Assembly: GCA_963706025.1 (NCBI GenBank)
Contig: CAVPLM010000003.1
Span: 448,001-512,000 of the forward strand
DNA length: 64,000 nucleotides
Reading direction: 5' to 3'
DNA from: an uncultured Actinomycetes bacterium
Lineage (GTDB): Bacteria; Actinomycetota; Thermoleophilia; RBG-16-64-13
The position numbers and the translations under genes are program-made. Below, piece after piece: positions 53,196-61,806 of this stretch (position 1 is the stretch's first letter; every line of letters begins with the position of its first letter). The notes under the pieces were generated by a model. It saw only the letters and a program-made list of their open reading frames with translations. It was not told the origin of the DNA and ran no database searches.

Positions 53196-55563
53196 ATGAA
53201 GACATTCAGGCACGTAAGCGCCCAATCGATAGAAGAGGCGACCTCCATCCTTCGGGAGTCCGGCGGAAAGGCGCGCATCATCGCCGGCGGCACCGATCTC
53301 TTGGGCGAGATGAGGGACGGCATCCTGGCCGAGTACCCGGAGGTACTGGTCAATATCAAGAACATCCCGGGCCTGGACTACGTCCGGGAAGACGACGGCA
53401 GGCTGCTCATCGGGGCTCTGACCAGGTTGGAAGACCTGGCCACCGACGAGACCGTCAAGAACGACTACCCCGCGCTGGCCGAAGCCGCTCGCAAGACGGC
53501 TTCCCCTCATATCAGGGAAATGGGGACCGTCGCCGGCAATATCTGCCAGAACAACCGCTGCTGGTACTACTGGGTCCCGAACAATCTCTTCCACTGTCTG
53601 CGGAAAGGCGGCAGGGCCTGCTATGCGCTGACCGGAGACGCGAGATACCACTCGATCTTCGGAGCTGCCCGGGTGGAGGCCACGGCCTGTTCCAGAGCCT
53701 GCCCGAACGGCATCGACATAGCCTCCTACTTGAGCAAGATAAGGGAGGGCGACCTGGCCTCGGCGGGCGCGACACTGCTCGAGACGAATCCCGTCCCGGC
53801 CGTGACGGGAAGAGTCTGCCCCCACTGGTGCGAGACCGACTGTGCCCGCGGTGAGTTCGACGAAGCGGTCTCGATCAGGGACGTCGAGCGGTTTCTCGGG
53901 GATCACATCCTGGAGAACTTGGACGAGTTCTTCGAAGCTCCTCTGCAGGAGACCTCGAAGCGGGTGGCGGTCATTGGTTCCGGTCCGGCCGGGCTTTCCG
54001 CCGCCTACTATCTCCGGCAGGCTGGGCACGAGGTGACCGTTTTCGAGCGCATGCCGGAGGCCGGCGGCCTGCTAGCCTACGGGATACCGCCCTACCGTCT
54101 TCCCAGGGACATACTTCGGAAACAGATCGAAGCCTTCGAGAAGACGGGCATAGAGTTCACCGTGGGGACCGCGATCGACAAGGACAGATTCCGGGAGCTC
54201 GCGGAGAGCTTCGACGCGGTGTTCGTGGCCGCCGGCGCCTGGCAGGAGACCGAGGCTGGGATCTCGGGAGAGCAGTGCCTGATGTCCGGCACGGACTTCC
54301 TGAGGAGCCGCGTATCTGGAGCCGCAAGACGTGGCCGGGAAGACGATCGGGGTCATCGGCGGAGGGAATACCGCCATCGACGTCGCCCGCTCCCTGCTGA
54401 GATTGGGGGCCCGTCCGGTGGTCTTCTACCGGCGGACCAAGGATGAGATGCCCGCCCTGGACGAGGAAGTGGAGAAGGCGGAGCAGGAAGGGGTGCGCTT
54501 CGAGTTCCTGACGCAGCCGGTGGGAGCCAGTGAGGAGACCGGCGGGGTGGAACTGACCTGCTGCCGGATGGAACTCGGGGAGTTGGACCAGAGCGGCCGG
54601 CCCCGCCCAGTGCGGATAGACGGCTCGGAATACGCGGTGCGGTGCGACGTGGTCATGAAAGCCATCGTCGAGAAGCCGGACTATTCGTTCCTGCCGGCGG
54701 GATTCGTCGATGAGCGGGGCAAGCTCAAGCTCGACGAAGTAAGCTTCTCCCTGGGCAAGGGCGTCTTCGCCGGAGGGGACTTCGTCACCGGACCCGCGAC
54801 GGTCGCGGAAGCGGTGAGTGCCGGCCGGGACGCGGCTCGAGCCATAGATCGATATCTGCTGGGCAAGACGGAGGAAGAGGAAGAGGGTGCGCCGGTCTGT
54901 GCCTTTGGCGAGACGTTCAGCGGTTCTTGCCTTGAACAGAGCAGCAGGGTCGAGGTGCCGGAGCTCTCGCTTACGGAGAGAGTGAGGGGTCTGGAGGTCG
55001 AGGAGACCGGCACACTGGACCGGAGCGCGGTGGAGACAGAGGCTAACCGCTGCTTCAACTGCGGTTGCGTGGCCGTGAACCCCTCCGACCTGGCTCCGGT
55101 GTTGATAGCCCTGGCCGCTAAGATCAGGACTTCCGAGAGGGTCATCGCGGCCGAGGAGTTCTTCTCCGTAGGCGTCGATACGAGCACGGTGCTTCGTGAC
55201 GGCGAGATGGTGCTGGAAGTCGAGATCCCCAGGCTCAGCGCGACCACTCGGTCCACATTCATCAAGTTCGCATTGAGGAAATCGATCGACTTCTCGATCG
55301 TCGACTGCGCCGCGGCGCTGGACATAGCCGACGGCGTGGTCAGATCGGCCCGGATCTGTCTGAACTCGGTCTACGGCGTTCCTTTCAGGGTGACCGGGGC
55401 GGAACAGTACATCGCCGGCAGATCGATCGATGAGTCGACCGCCGAGCAGGCAGCCGACGCGGGAATGGAGGGAGCGTTTCCGCTTCTCAACAATCGGTAC
55501 AAGATCCAGATAGCCCGGACGCTGGTCAAGAGAGCGATATTGGCCTGCCGCCCGGGTGCCTGA
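53196..55563 (+). CDS. FAD subunit (PaoB/HcrB-like) with internal GltD-like Fe-S/NAD(P)H module (frameshift near 54320)
   Basis: AGGTDL, GTVAGNICQ..RCWYY..C..C..HSIFG; insert CSRACP, GRVCP..CE..C, GSGPAG, GGGNTAID, GGD..GPA, RC..C; resumes CVAVNPSD..NRYKI. Confidence 0.85.
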
Positions 55564-55581
55564 ACGCACTGACGAGAGGTA

Positions 55582-55857
55582 ATGAGCGTCAAGGTAAGAG
55601 TCTTCTATCCGGAGCTGCAACGCCTTGTCGCCGGCCCGGATGAGATCCGGGTCGATGGGGAGACGGTGGGCGAGTGCCTCGCCGATCTCGTGCGGCAGTA
55701 TCCGGGCGCCCGGCAGCTGATATTCGATACCCGCGGTGGGTTGTTGAAACCGGTGTACGTGTTCGTCAACGCGGAGAGCATGTACAAGGCGGACCTGGCC
55801 AGAGCGGTCAGCGGCAAGGATGAGCTGATCCTGGCAGTGCTGGCGACCGGCGGGTGA
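55582..55857 (+). CDS. MoaD/ThiS-family ubiquitin-like protein
   Basis: GETVGECL..L, VFVN, C-terminal GG. Confidence 0.85.
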   Translation: MSVKVRVFYPELQRLVAGPDEIRVDGETVGECLADLVRQYPGARQLIFDTRGGLLKPVYVFVNAESMYKADLARAVSGKDELILAVLATGG

Positions 55858-55866
55858 CCCGCGGTC

Positions 55867-57357
55867 ATGGGGAGCAGCACGAGTCCGGCCGTCACCGAGA
55901 TGTCGAGGTCGCTGCTGCGGGGCCTGGAGGCCATCGTCGGGCGGGACAACGTTCTTCACCGGTCGGTGGACCTCCAGACCTATGAATACGACGCCTACGT
56001 AGAACGCTCTGTCCCCCGGGCTGTGGTGTACGTCCATTCCACCGCCGAGGTGTCCGCCGTGGTGAAGCTCCTGGCCCGGGAGCGGATCCCCTTCGTGCCT
56101 CGAGGCTACGGCACCAACGTGAGCGGAGGGACGCTTGCTCTGGACGGCGGAGTGGTCCTGGAGATGGGCCGCATGAACAAGATGCTGGACATGGACCTTC
56201 CCAACCGGCGCGTGGTCGTCCAACCTGGGATCTTCAACCTCGACGTCTCCACGATCCTCTCTCCCTACGGCTACTACTACGCCCCCGACCCCGCCAGTCA
56301 GAAGGCTTCCTCCCTGGGTGGCAACATCGCCGAGAACGCGAGCGGGCCCCACTGCTTCAAGTACGGAGTGACATCGAACTATGTGCTGGGGTTGGAGGTG
56401 GTTCTTCCGGACGGCGAGGTCGTGTGGCTGGGGGGCAAGAGTCTCGATCTTCCCGGGCTCGATCTGACCGGGGTCTTCGTGGGCAGCGAAGGGACCCTAG
56501 GCATCGCCACGGCCGCGATACTGCGCATACTCAAGAAACCGGAGACCGTCAAGACGATGCTGGGCGTCTTCGCGTCGGTGGAAGAGGCCGGCAACGTGGT
56601 GTCGGCTATCGTGGCCGCCGGGCTGACCCCGGCCACGCTGGAGATGATGGACCACCTCACCGTCAACGCGGTCGAAGATGCCATGGCCTGCGGCTTCCCC
56701 AGGGAAGCGGGGGCCGTGCTCATCATCGAGCTCGACGGACTGAGCAACGGCATGGAAGAGACGGCCGAGCAGATCGTCGCCATATGCCGGGCGAGCGGCG
56801 CCCTGGATGTTCGCGTGGCCGAGGACGAAGCGGAGCGCGAGGCTCTATGGAGGGGCCGCCGGGGCGCCTTCGGGGCAGTCACGCGCTTGGCCCCCAGCTA
56901 TCTCTCCATGGACGGCACCGTGCCCCGGACCAAGCTGCCCGAGGCCCTCAGGCGGGTGGCGGCGATCGGCCGGCGCTACGACTTCGAGATCTCCTGCGTG
57001 CTTCACGCAGGAGACGGCAACCTGCACCCGCTCGCGCTGTTCGACGACCGCGACGAAGCGCGGAAGAAGAATGCGGAGGCCGCCAGCATGGATATACTGC
57101 GCATGTGTGTCGAACTTGGAGGTACGGTGAGCGGCGAGCACGGTATCGGCATCGAGAAGCTGGAGGCCATGCATCTTGTCTTTGACCACAACGATCTGCG
57201 GGCCCAGGCTTTCGTGAAGGATGTCTTCGATCCCGAGGGCCTCTGCAACCCGGGGAAAGTGCTGCCCGGTCCGGTCGAAGAGACCGCGGCAGCCGTGGCT
57301 GGGTCGGCCGGGCCACCGGTGGGTGCCGGAAGCGTAGGGGCTGCGGCCGGTGCCTAG
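55867..57357 (+). CDS. glcD: GlcD-like FAD-linked 2-hydroxyacid oxidoreductase
   Basis: PRGYGTNVSGG, PDPAS, GSEGTLG, HAGDGNLHP, GEHGIG.EK, NPGK. Confidence 0.9.
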   Translation: MGSSTSPAVTEMSRSLLRGLEAIVGRDNVLHRSVDLQTYEYDAYVERSVPRAVVYVHSTAEVSAVVKLLARERIPFVPRGYGTNVSGGTLALDGGVVLEMGRMNKMLDMDLPNRRVVVQPGIFNLDVSTILSPYGYYYAPDPASQKASSLGGNIAENASGPHCFKYGVTSNYVLGLEVVLPDGEVVWLGGKSLDLPGLDLTGVFVGSEGTLGIATAAILRILKKPETVKTMLGVFASVEEAGNVVSAIVAAGLTPATLEMMDHLTVNAVEDAMACGFPREAGAVLIIELDGLSNGMEETAEQIVAICRASGALDVRVAEDEAEREALWRGRRGAFGAVTRLAPSYLSMDGTVPRTKLPEALRRVAAIGRRYDFEISCVLHAGDGNLHPLALFDDRDEARKKNAEAASMDILRMCVELGGTVSGEHGIGIEKLEAMHLVFDHNDLRAQAFVKDVFDPEGLCNPGKVLPGPVEETAAAVAGSAGPPVGAGSVGAAAGA

Positions 57358-58854
57358 CTGGCCGCTCCAAGACTTCCCCGTCGCCGAGGAACAGACGGAC
57401 GCCATCGCCCTGCGACTGGAGGGGATGATCGGTCCTGATCGGGTCACACGGGGGCCCGGCATCGCGATCCAGGGCATGCAGGCTCCCCTTGAAGTCCGGC
57501 CCGCAGACAGGGGGCAGCTCAGCACGGTCCTTGCCCTGGCCCACGAGGAGGGACTTGCCGCCTGTGTGATCGGCGGCGGCACCAAGCTCGGTTGGGGCAA
57601 CCGTCCCGGTCGCCTGGACCTAGTGGTGAGCACTCGTGACCTGCGCGGCTTCTCCCATATCGACGCTGACAATCTCAGCCTCTCCGTCCGCGCCGGTACG
57701 ACAGTGGCGGAAGCCTGTGCGCAGGCGCGGGCCATAAACCGCGTGCTCCCGCTCGACCCGAGCCGGCCCGCGAGGGCCACCGTGGGAGGTGTGGTTGCCA
57801 CGGGGGATCAGGGGGCACGGGGCGCCGGCTACGGCGGGCTGAGAGACGTGGTGCTGGGCCTCAGCGCGGTCCTTGCCGACGGAAGCCCGGTGAAATTCGG
57901 GGGGCGGACCATGAAGAACGTCTCCGGCTACGATATGACCAAGTTGTTCATCAGTTCGTTCGGGGTGCTGGGGGTGATCACCGACGTCACCTTCCGGCTG
58001 CTCCCCCGGTACGACACCCAGGCTCTGATGGTCCTACCGATCGTCTCGCTCGATCAGTGCAGAGAGATAACCGCCCAGATCCTCGATTCCTATCTCCAGC
58101 CGCTCGCGCTGGAAGTGGTCTCGGCCGGCTTTCTTGCCCAGGCTCGTTCTTCCGACGCTGCCGGCTCGGCGGGCGGGATCGGCTCGATGATCCCTCGAGA
58201 TGCGCCGGTGATGCTGGCCGGATTTGCCGGCCAAAGGGCCGCGGTGACCCGGTCCGTCGACGAGGTGAAAGATCGTCACTCTATCCAACCGCTTGCGGTC
58301 CTCGAGGGTGCCGAGGCCGAGTCCCTCTATGAAGCTCTTGCCGACGTCGACGCCGACGCCGTCCCCGCTCTCGAGGCGCCGGTCCGGGCGCGGATCACCG
58401 CTCCCCTCAGCCAGGTCTGGGATCTTGTCCGACGCGCGCAGGCGGACGCCGGCGCGCACGATCTGGCGCTGGAATACCGTATCGGCGCTTTCCGAGGGAC
58501 TTTGGACCTGCTGGTGGATTGGGGACGGGGCCCGCGCCCGGGCGCGGAGTCCCAGGTGGGGCGGCGGAGTCCCAGGTGGGCGCGGAGTCCCAGGTGGGCG
58601 AGGAGTCCGACCCGGAGGCAGGGTCCGATTCGGACGCGGTGGCGGCTCGTTTGACCGCCTTGCTGACCGACCTTCGCCGGCAAGCGGAGGCGGTAGACGG
58701 CGCGCTCACCGTCAGGGATGGCCTGACACGGTTGACGCAGGGCTTCGACGCCTGGGGAGCACCCGGCTCCTCGATCCAGATCATGAAGCGGATAAAGGAA
58801 CGCTTCGATCCCCGCGGCGTCCTCAATCCCGGCCGTTTCGTAGGTGGTATCTGA
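57350..58854 (+). CDS. glcE: GlcE-like FAD-binding subunit (frameshift in repeat near 58560)
   Basis: GGGTKLGWG, ATVGG, FGGRTMKNVSGYDMTKL, IKERFDPRGVLNPGRF. Confidence 0.87.
58541..58608 (+). repeat. 18-bp tandem repeat (about 3.7 units) in glcE
   Basis: ggcgcggagtcccaggtg units encoding GAESQV. Confidence 0.85.
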
Positions 58855-60341
58855 TGAGCGTGGAACCCTCGGTCGATCCTGTGGTCGCTCCCACAGCCGA
58901 GCCTCACACCACTCCCAACGGCGATCGTCGTGACAAGATCGGAGTCGGCCCTCGCGGCGGGCCGCCCGAGGATTTCCAGGCCCTGTACGACCATGTGGCC
59001 ACCTGCAGTAGGTGCGGTTTCTGCCAACCCACCTGCCCCATATTCCGCGCCACAGGCCGGGAGGCGCACGTCGCCCGAGGCAAGGTGGCCCTTTTCCGCA
59101 ATGTCATCGAGGAGCGAACGGCGATAGGGCCGGACATGAAGGATGCCTTCTCGAATTGCCTGCTCTGCCGTGCGTGCACCGAGAGCTGCTTCTCGGCACT
59201 CGAGACCGATCAGGTGGTGATGTCCTTCCGCCATGCGTACGCGGAGCGTTTCGGACGGAGCTTTCTGCAGCGCAGGGTGTTCCGCAGTCTGCTGCCTCGG
59301 CCCCGGCTCATGAGGGGCTTGGTCCGGAGCATATGGGCCCTGCGCAAGACCGGCCTGGCGGATGCCGCCCGGAGGACCGGCTTGGTGGGGCTACTCAATC
59401 CGAAGCTGGAGCGGGCCCTCGATCTCCGGGCCGGCACGCCGGGTCCCCTGCTTCACGCCCGCTTGGCAAAGCGCCCGGCTCCTCTTCCCGATGGTGGGCC
59501 CCGTGTCGGCTATTGGATGTCGTGCGGATACAACTACGTGCTGCCCGAGGTGGGAGAGGCGACCGTGCGGGTCCTCGAGCGCATGGGCTTGACCGTGGAA
59601 GTGCTCGACAATTGCTGTTGTGGACTTGCCGCGCACGGTTATGGGGACCGCGAAGGGGCGCAGCGACTCGCCCGGGAGAACCTGCGCCGGCTCGGCGACC
59701 TCGACCGCTTCGTCGCCATCGTGTCGGAATGTGGTAGCTGCTCCGGACATCTCAAGGAATACGCCGAGGTTCTCGCCGATGACCCTGTTTGGTTGCAGAA
59801 AGCGGTGCTTCTGAAGGACAAGACGAGGAGCTTCAGCGAGTTCGTCATAGAACGGGGAGGCTTGGAGTATCTAGTCGACAGCGGCCCCGGCGAGGTGGCC
59901 ACGCCGGCCGCCGCGGGTGCGGCTGTCGCCACAGCCGCCGCGGCCCCCGACACCGCCACGCCGGCCGGCGCGCCCGCAGCTACCGCGACCGTCGTCACCT
60001 ACCACGATCCCTGCCATCTGGGGCGCCGCTACCAGAATGTGGTGAATCAGCCGAGGCAGATCCTGGAGTCTCTCCCCGGCGTCGTCTTTCGTGAGGCCGC
60101 GGAATCAGACTCTTGCTGCGGAGCCGCTGGTACGTACGGGGTGCTCCATCCAGAGACCTCGGCGGCCATCATCGAGCGCAAGATGGGTTTCATACGCGAT
60201 ACCGGCGCCACCATCCTGGCCACCGAGTGCCCTTCGTGCATGATGCAGCTCGCGTATGGAGCGCAACGGGCCGGTCTGGATGCTGAAGTGCTCAACGTCA
60301 GCCAGTTATGCGACCGCGCGGGGCGATCCGGCGAGAGGTAG
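58854..60341 (+). CDS. glcF: GlcF-like Fe-S subunit
   Basis: CSRCGFCQPTCP, CLLCRAC, CCG twice, YHDPCH. Confidence 0.9.
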   Translation: MSVEPSVDPVVAPTAEPHTTPNGDRRDKIGVGPRGGPPEDFQALYDHVATCSRCGFCQPTCPIFRATGREAHVARGKVALFRNVIEERTAIGPDMKDAFSNCLLCRACTESCFSALETDQVVMSFRHAYAERFGRSFLQRRVFRSLLPRPRLMRGLVRSIWALRKTGLADAARRTGLVGLLNPKLERALDLRAGTPGPLLHARLAKRPAPLPDGGPRVGYWMSCGYNYVLPEVGEATVRVLERMGLTVEVLDNCCCGLAAHGYGDREGAQRLARENLRRLGDLDRFVAIVSECGSCSGHLKEYAEVLADDPVWLQKAVLLKDKTRSFSEFVIERGGLEYLVDSGPGEVATPAAAGAAVATAAAAPDTATPAGAPAATATVVTYHDPCHLGRRYQNVVNQPRQILESLPGVVFREAAESDSCCGAAGTYGVLHPETSAAIIERKMGFIRDTGATILATECPSCMMQLAYGAQRAGLDAEVLNVSQLCDRAGRSGER

Positions 60342-60505
60342 CTCGACCGCTCTCCTCGCCGGCACCTGTCGTCCCTGGTCCGCGGCTCATCTATACGTCA
60401 ATGTAATACTTGGCGCCAGCTATGAGAAATTCTCGCAAAGCGCCTTGCCTGCGCCGACCCAGGCTACTATGTAGGCTGCCAGTCTCATGAACAGAAGGAG
60501 CACGC

Positions 60506-61738
60506 ATGGACTTCAGATTGGCCGACGAGCAGGAGATGACGCGCGACATGGTCCGGGACTTCGCGCAGAGCGAGATCAAGCCTGTCGCGATGGAGCTCGA
60601 CCGCAAGACCGACCCGAAGGACTGCATCCCCTGGGATCTGATCAAGAAGGCTTCGAAGCTGGGTCTGAGAACAGCGGCCATCCCGGAGGAATGGGGGGGC
60701 GAGGGAGCGGATTACCTCACCCTGGCCATCATACTGGAGGAACTCGGGGCCGCCGACCAGGGCTTCGCCAGCATCATCAGGGGGTGCTACACAGAGGCGC
60801 CTAGGCTCGTCTTTGAGCTGAACGAGGAGCAACGGGACGAGTTCTTGCCCAAGTTCCTCGAGGACGACACGTTCCTCCTGGGTCTGGCTCGGACGGAGCC
60901 AGACGCGGGCACCGACTCCCACTACCTGTACGACGAGCCCGGAGCCTCGATACGCACCTATGCCGAGAGAAGAGGCGATGAGTACGTCATCAACGGGAGT
61001 AAGCACTACATCTCCAGCGGCGGTGTGGCCAAGCTCTACTTCCTCTATGCCAGGACCGACAAACACGCGCCGATATCCGAGAGCCTGAGCGTGTTCCTGA
61101 TGCCTCACGATACCCCCGGGTTCTCGATCGGCAGATTCCACAACAAGCTGGGAAGAAGACTCCTACCGAATGCCGAGTTGTTCTTGGAAGACGCCCGCAT
61201 CCCCGCTCGCTACCTGATCGGCGAAGAGGGCGAGGCCTGGGGTTCAGAGGGCGAGGGTGGCGGAGGTCCGCAGAAGGACTGGAAGAACTCCGGGCCCGGG
61301 GCCCCCCCGCCCTTCGGACTTCTGGGCGCTGCGGCGAACCTGGGGACGGTGAGGGGCTGCTACGAGGAGGCCCTGAACTACGCCAGGACCCGGATCCAGG
61401 GTGGCAAGCCGATCATCGAGCACCAGCACGTCGCCATCAAGCTGGCCCAGATGAAGGCCCACATCGAGGCGGCCAGAGCGCTTCTCTGGAAATGCGCCTG
61501 GTCTTGGCAGACCAAGTATGAGTACGATTCCAGAATGGGCATGCTGGTGAAAGCTTACGTCGATGAGTTGGGCCTGACCGTGGCCACCAACTCGGTCGGC
61601 ATCTTCGGTGGGATGGGTACCTCGGATGACGATGTGCCCGTCCAGAAATACATGAGAGACATATTTACGTTCGTCCATGGGTTCGCTACCACGGAAGTAG
61701 CCTGGCTGATAGGCGCTCCAACAGCAAATCCGGAATAG
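60506..61738 (+). CDS. Acyl-CoA dehydrogenase family protein
   Basis: IPEEWGGEG, TEPDAGTD, INGSKHYIS, YARTRIQGGKPI, FGGMG. Confidence 0.9.
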   Translation: MDFRLADEQEMTRDMVRDFAQSEIKPVAMELDRKTDPKDCIPWDLIKKASKLGLRTAAIPEEWGGEGADYLTLAIILEELGAADQGFASIIRGCYTEAPRLVFELNEEQRDEFLPKFLEDDTFLLGLARTEPDAGTDSHYLYDEPGASIRTYAERRGDEYVINGSKHYISSGGVAKLYFLYARTDKHAPISESLSVFLMPHDTPGFSIGRFHNKLGRRLLPNAELFLEDARIPARYLIGEEGEAWGSEGEGGGGPQKDWKNSGPGAPPPFGLLGAAANLGTVRGCYEEALNYARTRIQGGKPIIEHQHVAIKLAQMKAHIEAARALLWKCAWSWQTKYEYDSRMGMLVKAYVDELGLTVATNSVGIFGGMGTSDDDVPVQKYMRDIFTFVHGFATTEVAWLIGAPTANPE

Positions 61739-61806
61739 CGCTGGCTGGTGGCGCTGCGCTCCCGGGGACGCCCACTTGGATATCCACGTCGTGAAGGGAT
61801 GAGGTG

